Shown: positions 9,451-18,213 of the stretch, piece by piece
How positions within the stretch are numbered: position 1 is the first letter of the stretch
How the letters are laid out: every line of letters starts with the position of its first letter
Assembly (NCBI GenBank): GCA_965140445.1
Contig: OZ223236.1
Span: 2,400,001 to 2,464,000 of the forward strand
Direction of reading: 5' to 3'
From: Candidatus Ozemobacteraceae bacterium
GTDB lineage: Bacteria; Muiribacteriota; Ozemobacteria; Ozemobacterales; Ozemobacteraceae
Length of the DNA stretch: 64,000 nt
The notes under the pieces: model-generated
Databases searched by the model: none
Seen by the model: the letters and a program-made list of their open reading frames with translations, nothing else
Told to the model about the DNA's origin: nothing
Made by a program: the position numbers and the translations under genes

Positions 9451-11631
9451 ATGAACAAACGATCTCATCTCGCCTTTATAGTGGTAATAGCCATTTTAGC
9501 TGCCTGTATATTTACCTGGTCTCTTATTACCTTCTTCTCTCAACAGAGTCTCTCAGGAAGATACCACATTTTGGATCACGATTCCATGATGTTTTTTCGA
9601 TGGTATGAACAATCGCTATTACAAGGGAAACCAATAGATATCGATTCTTATCAGTGTTTCCCTTATACTCAGAAAATTGGATTGCCACCGGTAATAAGGA
9701 GTTTTTACTTTTATTTTGCCAACTTTCTTTTTGCTATTTTTCCAAACCTTTCAATAGAGCATGCGGTGGGCTTTTTGCCTCCAATTGCGCTATTAATTTT
9801 GATTTCCATTTTGACAGCATTTACCTGGAAGCAAACCAAAAATTATGCGCTGACTATATTAGTGTTGTTTTTCTCGTTTCCAGGAATATTTAATAAGGTT
9901 ACCCACTCTTATTTGCATCTGGATCATCACTTTTTGGTTGGGCTTTTTATCTGGGCCTGGATTATTTTCTTAGCAAACTTCTTAAAATCGAAAGATGACT
10001 TTTCTAAGATAGGTGGGGCATTATCTGTTTCCTTGCTTTATTTTACATGGCTGGGAAGCCCGATGTTTGCTGGTTTTGCCTTTTTAATGGGCATGGTTTA
10101 CTTCTTTTTTGATAAAGAACTTTGTTTAGAATATTTCGAGTATTACTCAACTTCGCTTCTAATTTGCGCTGGATTGATGGGTATATATTTTCTCAAAAGT
10201 GGAGCAGCTCAAATTTCAGACATGTCTCGATTTGGTTGGTTTCATTTTTGTTCAGCTCTGGTTGTTGGCTTTGGTGCGCGCTTTTTTATTTTTTCATTAA
10301 AGAAAAAGAATGCTGCTCTTTGGCTTGGTTTGGGCGGAATAGTTTGTATAATTGCTCTTTTGCCAATGAGAGAGCCTATTGCCGGCGGTTTAAAGTTCTT
10401 GTTCGCAAAGGATTTTCTTTATAAAACTGTTGGTGAATTACAGCCTTTGATGACCGAAAATGGTCAACTTATGTCCTTTAACAAGATTTTCGATTTCTTT
10501 GGCCCCGAGTATTTATTGTTTTTCCTTATCTGGGTCTATCCACCAAAGAGTCTTTTTAATCGAAATGGAAAAGTTGTAAGGGACTTTATTGTCTTGTTCG
10601 TTCTTCTAACCTTAAATCAAGTTCGCTTTTGTCGCTGGATTGCTGGCCCCTTAGGTCTTTTTTCCGCAGTAATTGTATATCAGATTGTTTGTTTGCTCAG
10701 ACCGGTTTTAAAGGATAAAAAAATGCCAAAGCTGGCATTAGGACTAATTTTAGTCCCAATATTTGTTCTTTCTTTAAATAATAAATTTCTGTTTTTAAAC
10801 AAGAGTAATGAAATATATAAGAATAGAATTGATGGCTATAACTGGATACAGGAAAACACACCAGTAACAAGTGGTTATTCAGACGAGAACCCTCCAGAGT
10901 ATGGCGTTTTATCATTCTGGGACAGGGGAAACGAGATTACATGTTTTGCAAGACGACCGGCTGTTGTCAGCAATACAATGAGAGGCATGGGAACCATGGC
11001 ACAGATTTTTTCCGCGGAAACTGAATCCCAGGCCTATGAAAAATGTAAGGACAAAAAAGTTCGCTATATTCTCACAGAGCCAAACTATTTTTCAGATGAG
11101 TATATGGCATTTTTAAAATGTGTGAGCCAAAATGCTTCTGGCCCCGAATTTTTGTTTGTGAGCGAGGAAGATGAGAAGAAATACGCCGGGGCAAAATTAA
11201 TAGATTCTTTTTATCATTGGCTTACTTTTAAGGCTGGCATGATGCCTCAGGCTAAGTTTGGAACTTCAGAACATTTTATGCTTGTATGGGTTTCTGATGC
11301 AAAAGTTAAAGGCGCTATGCCTGCTGTTATGCTTTATCAAGCGGTTGAAGGCGCACTGATCGTAGGGAAAAGTAAGCCAGGTAAAAAGGTTAGACTCGCT
11401 TTAAGAGTTACTATTGATAAGGTTGTGATGGACTATTCACAAGTGGCAGTCTCAGATGAAGTTGGAAACTACTCTTTCCGGGTCTGTTATCCCACGAAGT
11501 TTTCTTCGGGAAAAGTTGAAACGGATGAATTTTATACTTTAATGATGACCGATGAAGAAGGCGAGGTAAAAATTCCCTTGAAAATTTCCTTAGATTGGAT
11601 TCAGAGTGGAAAAAGAGTAATCATTGAATAG
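9451..11631 (+). CDS. STT3-family oligosaccharyltransferase, archaeal AglB-like
   Basis: About 13 TM helices; DHDS, DHH, TVGE (TIxE-like) and SFWDRGN (WWDxG-like) motifs; AglB-type C-terminal beta domain. Start placed at ATG 9451 because the track's GTG 9373 lies inside the pilin promoter. Confidence 0.85.
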   Translation: MNKRSHLAFIVVIAILAACIFTWSLITFFSQQSLSGRYHILDHDSMMFFRWYEQSLLQGKPIDIDSYQCFPYTQKIGLPPVIRSFYFYFANFLFAIFPNLSIEHAVGFLPPIALLILISILTAFTWKQTKNYALTILVLFFSFPGIFNKVTHSYLHLDHHFLVGLFIWAWIIFLANFLKSKDDFSKIGGALSVSLLYFTWLGSPMFAGFAFLMGMVYFFFDKELCLEYFEYYSTSLLICAGLMGIYFLKSGAAQISDMSRFGWFHFCSALVVGFGARFFIFSLKKKNAALWLGLGGIVCIIALLPMREPIAGGLKFLFAKDFLYKTVGELQPLMTENGQLMSFNKIFDFFGPEYLLFFLIWVYPPKSLFNRNGKVVRDFIVLFVLLTLNQVRFCRWIAGPLGLFSAVIVYQIVCLLRPVLKDKKMPKLALGLILVPIFVLSLNNKFLFLNKSNEIYKNRIDGYNWIQENTPVTSGYSDENPPEYGVLSFWDRGNEITCFARRPAVVSNTMRGMGTMAQIFSAETESQAYEKCKDKKVRYILTEPNYFSDEYMAFLKCVSQNASGPEFLFVSEEDEKKYAGAKLIDSFYHWLTFKAGMMPQAKFGTSEHFMLVWVSDAKVKGAMPAVMLYQAVEGALIVGKSKPGKKVRLALRVTIDKVVMDYSQVAVSDEVGNYSFRVCYPTKFSSGKVETDEFYTLMMTDEEGEVKIPLKISLDWIQSGKRVIIE

Positions 11632-13423
11632 GTGCGAACAGGTTATTTTTCCATTTTTCTAAGGCCCGGGTTGTTGACACTTCGTTCTTTTGAAGACTGA
11701 TTGCAATCGTTTGGGAAGCTGTTTCAACATACAGGTAGTTTTCATTTTCACTTAATCTACTTGTTTTTTTTATTACATTGTCGATCAGGTTGTTGCCTAA
11801 AAAAGACTGGGGAGACATTGCTCCTAATAAAGAACAAATCGTTGGAGCAATGTCAATTTGACTGCAAAAAGTTTTTGGCTGAAGCTCTTTAAAATACTCT
11901 GGCTTTCGAGTAACAAAAATTAGAGGGATGGTTTCTTTTTGAATTGGTACATTTGTTTTGACCAATTCTTTATGACCCCAGCCAGGTAGTGGGTAATGAT
12001 CACTTGTTATTACTATAAGCGTATCCGGAGTAAAAAGTTTGCGCTTGTTTAATTCAGCGAAGAAATATCTAAGACTAAGGTCAGAGGAAAATAAAGATGG
12101 AACAATCGGGCTGGGATGGTTTCTTATTGAGGGGGGGAGCTTTTCCTTGGGAACTGCACAAAAGTATGGGGGCTGGTGAAGATCTATAGTCTTAGCAAAA
12201 ATCATAACCGGAACATTGTTTTTCTTTTCGAGCTCCAAAATTCTTATGGTCTCAGAAAAAATAGTGGGGTCATGGTACCCCCAGTGGGAGGGAGGAAGCT
12301 TGGGCAATTTTTTTTGAAAATCTTCTTGGGCAATAAGCTTATCTGCTTTGAAAACATCTGAAATGATTTTATGCTCGCCTCCATAAAACTTGCTGCAGCC
12401 TCTTATAAAGTAGGTTTTTCCTTGTGTGTGTTGTTTAAAAATCTCAAAAAGGCTGGAATGTTTAAGTTTTCGAGATAGGTCTGGTGAATAAGGCAACCGG
12501 GACATTAAAATTGAAAAAATTCCTTTAATAGTGGGGCAATTTGCCGCAATCATATTGTCTACTCTGGGAAATGTACTTAGAAGATAGTCAAAAAACGCTG
12601 AAGCTTCTTTGGGGATATCTTTATTGTAAAAATGGGTGTAGCTGTTAGCCATGCCTTCCAGGACAATGAAAATGATATTCTTGAAAACAGGTTTGACGTA
12701 AGTTAGCTGGGATTGAGGTGCTATAAGTCCAAGGCTTTGCAAAAAAGCCTTTTCTTCGGGAGTATATTCTATGAATTTTGTAACAGGGTACTTTTCAGAA
12801 ATTGGGATTGACCTGAAAAAAGACAAAAGTAACCCATTCTGAGTTTCTAAGAGTTGATTTTTGCGATAAAGAAACGCTTCTGCCTGAGGATGTGATTCGA
12901 AATCTTTTTCAGAGATTTCTAGGGTTACGTAGAATGAAAAGTAACATAGAAATGCTGTGACCAAAATTAGTGAGATGAAAAGGTTTTGATTTATTTCTGC
13001 TTTTTTTTCCTTTAAAAGGAAAGAAGTAAGAAAAAATACCCCTCCAATTATCATTAATGAGCCAAATATACTTAAAAGAATAGGTACATTAAGGGTTGCT
13101 TTGATTGAATAAAAGTTTAAATCATGCAAAACTCCCCAGTTAAAACGGGACCCGGAAATCTTTAAGTGTGAATAGCAGATAATTTCTATTGCTACAAATA
13201 GTCCTGCTATGGCTCCACCTAAAAAGCGAAGTTTTTGAAACCTTCCGATGAATAAAAATATAAAGAAGAATGCGATCGAAAGGAAGAAAATATCTGTGGA
13301 AATACCCTTAAATAAAAAGAGAGAGGCTTCTTTATCCAGGTTCAATTCACTTAGTGTAAAAAGAGAATAGTTGCCCAAAGCTATTAAGAGGGCAAGCCCA
13401 AGAATTGTAAAAAGAAATTTCAT
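11621..13423 (-). CDS. LTA-synthase/MdoB-family phosphoglycerol (or phospho-ethanolamine/choline) transferase
   Basis: About 5 N-terminal TMs, then an alkaline-phosphatase-superfamily domain: NIIFIVLEG, NCPT (Thr nucleophile), TIDLHQP, VITSDH, CSQIDIAPTI. Confidence 0.82.
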   Translation of the reverse strand: MKFLFTILGLALLIALGNYSLFTLSELNLDKEASLFLFKGISTDIFFLSIAFFFIFLFIGRFQKLRFLGGAIAGLFVAIEIICYSHLKISGSRFNWGVLHDLNFYSIKATLNVPILLSIFGSLMIIGGVFFLTSFLLKEKKAEINQNLFISLILVTAFLCYFSFYVTLEISEKDFESHPQAEAFLYRKNQLLETQNGLLLSFFRSIPISEKYPVTKFIEYTPEEKAFLQSLGLIAPQSQLTYVKPVFKNIIFIVLEGMANSYTHFYNKDIPKEASAFFDYLLSTFPRVDNMIAANCPTIKGIFSILMSRLPYSPDLSRKLKHSSLFEIFKQHTQGKTYFIRGCSKFYGGEHKIISDVFKADKLIAQEDFQKKLPKLPPSHWGYHDPTIFSETIRILELEKKNNVPVMIFAKTIDLHQPPYFCAVPKEKLPPSIRNHPSPIVPSLFSSDLSLRYFFAELNKRKLFTPDTLIVITSDHYPLPGWGHKELVKTNVPIQKETIPLIFVTRKPEYFKELQPKTFCSQIDIAPTICSLLGAMSPQSFLGNNLIDNVIKKTSRLSENENYLYVETASQTIAISLQKNEVSTTRALEKWKNNLFAPIQ

Positions 13424-14805
13424 TTTAACAGGCCGCTAAAGTCTTTAATATCAGTGAGAATAGCGAAAACATTTTTGAAATCTTTAAGTTTTTTAAGTTT
13501 TTCAATATTATTGCAGGTGTAAGCTAGTATTGGAATATTTGGCAATTGGGCAAAAACTTCTTCATTTACAATTTCCCAACGCAAAGAGATTGCAGAAGCC
13601 CCAGCAAAGCCAGCCAAAGCTCTTACTTTTTCCGGTGACAAGGTAAAGTAAGGTAATCCGTATGAAACTCCCCAGATTTTATGGGCTTTAGATAGTAGGG
13701 TTAGTCGCTGTAGGAAAAATGGGTCAGGATGTTCAATAAAGCAGGTTAAACTCGCTGGAAATTTTTCCAGAAGGCCGTTTAGTTTATTGGCGATAATTTC
13801 AGTTTTTTGAAAATCCAATTCTTTAATATCGAGCCATAGATAAGAAAGCTCAGAAAAGTTGGGAATTTTTAGTAAATCATTTATTGCGATTAATTTTGAG
13901 GAATTTTCATTTCCTATTTCATCGTGGCTAAGGAATAAACCATTGGATTTATCCATTGATACGTCCAGTTCAATTCCTTTAAATCCTATGGAAATGGTTT
14001 CCTGAATTGCTTTAAAGGAATTTCCCTTCTGACCAGTGTTAAGGCCTCGATGTGACCAAACTTTGTTTTGCCCTGTAGGAATCGAATCTGAAAAAAGCTT
14101 CCAGAAATCAGTGCTTTGAAACTCATTCGTATTGATCGAGAAAAAATGGCTGTTAACAAATAAATCCTGTTGTTGGATATTTTCAGGGTTCGAATCTTTC
14201 ATGATCATTCTGTGTAAAGAGGGAAGCTCTGGCATTTGGACAAAATAGCTTCTGGCAGAGACAAGAAATCTTTGCCAGTCTGCTTCTTTCTGGAATGGAT
14301 TTTTCACCGGGTTATAATCCAGAAAAAGAAAGGAGCCGGCAAGGCCTGATATAACAACCATGACCAGGTTCTTGTGACTCTTAGGCAGTGGTTTTTGTAA
14401 TCCAAATAGATAACTAAATAAAACCACCAGCAAAATAAAGCAAAAACAAGATAATAATTTACCTGGAATGTTACTCAAAAGAGTTGCAAGTAGCTTCTGG
14501 TCAATTCTTGAATGAAAAATTAAAATAGAGACTGAATCAATAACTGAGATAAAGAAAATTGATGAAAGACTCAAAGTGCAAATTGTTCGCAATATGGAAA
14601 TTGATCCAAATAGGTTTATAAAATAAAAAAGACTGATGAATTGGAATTCATATAGAGTTCCGATTGTTAGGAGCAAAACTTTTGCCGGGAAATCTGGAAG
14701 CAAAAAAAGAATCAGGGATTTGTTTAATAATATTATTGCTGGAAGTATCCATAAAACGAGATTTGTAAGTTTGTGCTTTTCTTTTCCAGTGTGTGATTGA
14801 TTCAT
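13420..14805 (-). CDS. Membrane protein with a C-terminal glycerophosphodiester phosphodiesterase (GDPD)-like domain
   Basis: N-terminal TM bundle; WSHRG, NSFKAI, GIELDV, LSHD, LWLDIK motifs. Confidence 0.72.
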   Translation of the reverse strand: MNQSHTGKEKHKLTNLVLWILPAIILLNKSLILFLLPDFPAKVLLLTIGTLYEFQFISLFYFINLFGSISILRTICTLSLSSIFFISVIDSVSILIFHSRIDQKLLATLLSNIPGKLLSCFCFILLVVLFSYLFGLQKPLPKSHKNLVMVVISGLAGSFLFLDYNPVKNPFQKEADWQRFLVSARSYFVQMPELPSLHRMIMKDSNPENIQQQDLFVNSHFFSINTNEFQSTDFWKLFSDSIPTGQNKVWSHRGLNTGQKGNSFKAIQETISIGFKGIELDVSMDKSNGLFLSHDEIGNENSSKLIAINDLLKIPNFSELSYLWLDIKELDFQKTEIIANKLNGLLEKFPASLTCFIEHPDPFFLQRLTLLSKAHKIWGVSYGLPYFTLSPEKVRALAGFAGASAISLRWEIVNEEVFAQLPNIPILAYTCNNIEKLKKLKDFKNVFAILTDIKDFSGLLK

Positions 14806-15188
14806 TAACTTTCCTTTTCTTGCTGTTTTTTCTTTAACTTATCATCTCTTGTTTTTTCCTCAAGAATAGAAAGTTGCTGTGAGATATTTTTAATTTGTTC
14901 ATTTTGCTTGGTTATGACTACAGAAAATTGAATTAGAATTATTAAAACAAAGAAAAAGAAACCTAAGAAAAGCAGAGAGGGAGGGTAGTATACCCCGAAG
15001 ATGTTTGCAAAATAATCGAGCGCGCCCTTCCAAAGAGAAAGTATCAATAAAATTATCGCTGAAACAAACCAGAGAATGGAGTAGGCTTCTTGAATTTTTC
15101 TTTTCCTTGTAAGATGAAAAACAAAAAAAAGAAAACCCAGACTTAGGGCGAATGAAATGATTTGTATTTTTTCGAATTGGAATTCCAT
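14805..15188 (-). CDS. DUF2304 family membrane protein
   Basis: RKRKIQEAYSILW, A(N)IFGVYYPPSLLF and a C-terminal coiled coil; usual partner of DPM1-like GT2s. Confidence 0.85.
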   Translation of the reverse strand: MEFQFEKIQIISFALSLGFLFFVFHLTRKRKIQEAYSILWFVSAIILLILSLWKGALDYFANIFGVYYPPSLLFLGFFFFVLIILIQFSVVITKQNEQIKNISQQLSILEEKTRDDKLKKKQQEKES

Positions 15189-15198
15189 ATTAAATAAA

Positions 15199-15924
15199 CT
15201 ATAACTCAGATTTTTCTCTTAAAGCAGTAGTGAATATTGCTAAAACTGTTTTTATCATAAAATAAATTGATAAATGGGGGGTTATGGAAGACACTCCAGC
15301 CTTTCTAGAACTCATTTTAACGGGTTCTTCCTCTACTTTTAGGGCAAATTTTCTGGAATAAATAAATTCTTCGGGTTCAGGGTAATCAAATGTGGGGTAG
15401 CGATGCGAAAACAAATTTATGGCAGTTTTGCTATAGCAGCGCATACCAGAAGTTGCGTCGGTAATTTTAAATCCAGTAAGCAGACTAATCTCAAAATTAA
15501 GAACCATTATTCCTAAGCGTCTCAAAAAAGTGGAGCGATACCCCTTTGAACTAGCTAAAAATCTTGATCCAACAACTACGTCAGCAGATTTTTCTTTCAT
15601 TGCATGGATCAGATTTTTTATAAATTCTGGACGATGCTGTCCGTCACCATCAAATTTTATTGCACAATCAAAATCGTTTTCATTTGCAAATTTTAAACCG
15701 GTTTGAAAAGCTGCTCCCACACCAAGGTTGCATGGAAGTTTTAAAATGGTATTAGCTTTGGTACTACTGGCTATTTCAAAAGTTTTGTCGGTAGAACCAT
15801 CGTCGACAATGATAATGTGAAAATCCTCAGTTAACTCCTTAAATGTCTCAAGAAGCCCTTCAATTGTTGTCGTCAGAGAATCTTCTTCATTATAGCAGGG
15901 GACAATAATTGCTACCTTTTTCAT
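15199..15924 (-). CDS. GT2 glycosyltransferase, DPM1-like (polyprenol-phosphate sugar synthase)
   Basis: IVPCYNEE, VDDGSTD, NLGVGAA, FDGDGQH, VVGSRF, DATSGMR, YPEPE. Confidence 0.9.
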   Translation of the reverse strand: MKKVAIIVPCYNEEDSLTTTIEGLLETFKELTEDFHIIIVDDGSTDKTFEIASSTKANTILKLPCNLGVGAAFQTGLKFANENDFDCAIKFDGDGQHRPEFIKNLIHAMKEKSADVVVGSRFLASSKGYRSTFLRRLGIMVLNFEISLLTGFKITDATSGMRCYSKTAINLFSHRYPTFDYPEPEEFIYSRKFALKVEEEPVKMSSRKAGVSSITPHLSIYFMIKTVLAIFTTALREKSEL

Positions 15925-16913
15925 TCTACACCAAACTTTATCAAGCCTTTTGAAAACCCGAAAATTCTTGAATAGGCTCTTAGAAACATAACAAATGAAA
16001 AGTAAATCTTTTCCCAGCTCTTTAAGGAAAATTTTCTGACTGTTATGAGTTGTATTAAAAGAATCAATAAACCGGAAAGCTTAAATAGTTGAAAAAATCT
16101 TTTTAATGGCTTGCTGGCAAGAGAAAAAATGTAAACCAGAATTGAGAAAATCCCAACAAGAGAAAGACCTGATTCTAACTGATCTTTTAAACCTGTGTAA
16201 TCGTCTCCAGCTACCATGTTTGGATGCTTGAAATATAGTTTTGCACGCCATAGTCCGTGCGTATACTGCTCTGTCAGATACTTTCTGATTTTAAAGGTGT
16301 GGTTGTGCTTTACTTTCCAATTGCGGTCAAAATGAATCTTTTTTTTCTCAAGCAACAATCTATAACTGAGATCATTGTCTTCACCGCTTGCCGTTTTAAA
16401 AGTTTCATCAAAACCACCTACTTGCCAGAAGTCTTTTTTAGATATGGCAACGTTAAAAGTCCCAAATGCATGAATAATGGAGGGCATCTGGCTATGTCGA
16501 TAGGCTATTTCTTCCTGTATACATCTGGCAAGTATTTTATCCGGGTTCTTTATTGAATATGAACCAGCTAAAATACCAATGCTTTCATCTTCAAGGTTTT
16601 TCTCTAATGTGGCTAGCCAGTCCTCTTCAGGCAAGGTATCTGAATCGATGAAAACCAGAAAGTCTCCGCTCGCCAACTTTGCTCCAGCGTTTCTTGCGGC
16701 TGCCGGACCCGCATTTTTTTGAAAAATATATTTAATTTGTGGAAACTTGCTCAGGACTTCACGGGTATTGTCTGTGCTGCCATCATCTACGACAATTACT
16801 TCAACACTGCATTTACCTGATAGCTTTGTGAGCGTTGTTAGGAGCTCATTTAAAAAGCCTGAAGAATTATAGGCTGGTATAATAATAGAAATCTTTTTTG
16901 CTAATTTTTGCAT
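15921..16913 (-). CDS. GT2 glycosyltransferase with C-terminal TM helices
   Basis: IIPAYN, VDDGSTD, GPAAARNAG, FIDSD, VGGFDE, GEDNDLSYRL. Confidence 0.9.
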   Translation of the reverse strand: MQKLAKKISIIIPAYNSSGFLNELLTTLTKLSGKCSVEVIVVDDGSTDNTREVLSKFPQIKYIFQKNAGPAAARNAGAKLASGDFLVFIDSDTLPEEDWLATLEKNLEDESIGILAGSYSIKNPDKILARCIQEEIAYRHSQMPSIIHAFGTFNVAISKKDFWQVGGFDETFKTASGEDNDLSYRLLLEKKKIHFDRNWKVKHNHTFKIRKYLTEQYTHGLWRAKLYFKHPNMVAGDDYTGLKDQLESGLSLVGIFSILVYIFSLASKPLKRFFQLFKLSGLLILLIQLITVRKFSLKSWEKIYFSFVMFLRAYSRIFGFSKGLIKFGVE

Positions 16914-16974
16914 ATAATAAATCGCAAACTCAGGTTTTTGATATCAGTTTCTTTGCGGTTCAATGAATTAGTGA

Positions 16975-18174
16975 TTATTTGATGGCCTGAGTCATGGAAA
17001 GTAGTGGCATGAAAACTGACAGAGCAACAGTTCCGATAATAATACCCATAACAACTGTCAGCAATGGTGTGATCGCTGAGGTTAAGCCATCCAATGCTTC
17101 ACCAACTTCGCGATCATAGAAGTCTGCTGCTTTCATCAGCATTGTATCCAACTTACCTGTGTTTTCACCAACTTCCATCATCTTTTTAACCATCGGTGGG
17201 AAGAAGAAAACCTTGTCTAGCTGGCTTGCGAGAGTGTTTCCTCCTTGCACGCCAACTGCCATTCCGGCAATAATTTCTTCCATAATAGGATTTCCCATAA
17301 CAGATGAGGTGATTTGAAGCGCTTGCAGGATTGGAACACCAGAACCAAGCAAAGAACAAAATGTACGGGCGAATCTACTAACGGCAATTTTCTGCGTCAG
17401 GTTTCCGATGATGGGAGCTTTAATTGTAAAAGTCGCAATGGCATGTTTCCCAAATTTTGTTTGAGAGAATGCGTATCCGCCACCGACAAGAGTCGCAGTG
17501 ACTGCAGAAACAATAATATAATTTTCTCTTAATGAATCGGAGGCAAAAATCATAAACTTTGTAATTGCTGGCAGCTCCGCTTTCATTTTTTTGAACATTG
17601 AAGAGAAGTTTGGAAAGATTTTTACCAGAAGGAAGACAACACCGCCCGCAGCAAGTACAATCTGGATGACTGGCATGGTAAGTGCGCCTTTGATTCTCCC
17701 TCTGATTTCAGCATCGGCTTCTGCAAATGCAGCAAGTCGCTCAAGAACCTCGTCCAACATACCACCAGCTTCACCCGCTTCACACATGTTGCAGTAAATT
17801 TTATTGAAAACTTTGGGATGCTTTCTAAGAGATACTGAGAAAGATTGACCAGACTGGAGTTCTTTACCAATCTGAGAAAGGATTCCTTTGAAATAAGGAT
17901 TTTCCTGCTGGTCGGCAAGAATTCCTATTGCTTCAACCAGGGGAATTGCGGCACCAATAAGTGTAGAGAGCTGAACTGTAAAAACCATCATGTCTTTGGC
18001 CGAGACTCGACCGCCAAAGCTGAAACCACCAGCCTTTTTTACTTCTTTTGCGTTGACGAGGTAGTAGCCTTTGTCTGAAAGCCTGTTGGCAAGCTCCTGC
18101 ATATTTGGAGCTTCAAGTTGTGTTTTTAGAATTTCCCCTTTGGAGTCTTTTACTTCACAATCATATTTAGGCAT
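16975..18174 (-). CDS. pilC: Type IV pilus/T2SS inner-membrane platform protein PilC/GspF
   Basis: FTVQLSTLIGAAIPL, AGEAGGMLDEVLERLA, SRFARTFCSLLGSGVPIL, GENTGKLD. Confidence 0.95.
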   Translation of the reverse strand: MPKYDCEVKDSKGEILKTQLEAPNMQELANRLSDKGYYLVNAKEVKKAGGFSFGGRVSAKDMMVFTVQLSTLIGAAIPLVEAIGILADQQENPYFKGILSQIGKELQSGQSFSVSLRKHPKVFNKIYCNMCEAGEAGGMLDEVLERLAAFAEADAEIRGRIKGALTMPVIQIVLAAGGVVFLLVKIFPNFSSMFKKMKAELPAITKFMIFASDSLRENYIIVSAVTATLVGGGYAFSQTKFGKHAIATFTIKAPIIGNLTQKIAVSRFARTFCSLLGSGVPILQALQITSSVMGNPIMEEIIAGMAVGVQGGNTLASQLDKVFFFPPMVKKMMEVGENTGKLDTMLMKAADFYDREVGEALDGLTSAITPLLTVVMGIIIGTVALSVFMPLLSMTQAIK

Positions 18175-18213
18175 AAACGATACTACTTCCTTGCTAATTC
18201 AATCTACAGGCTA

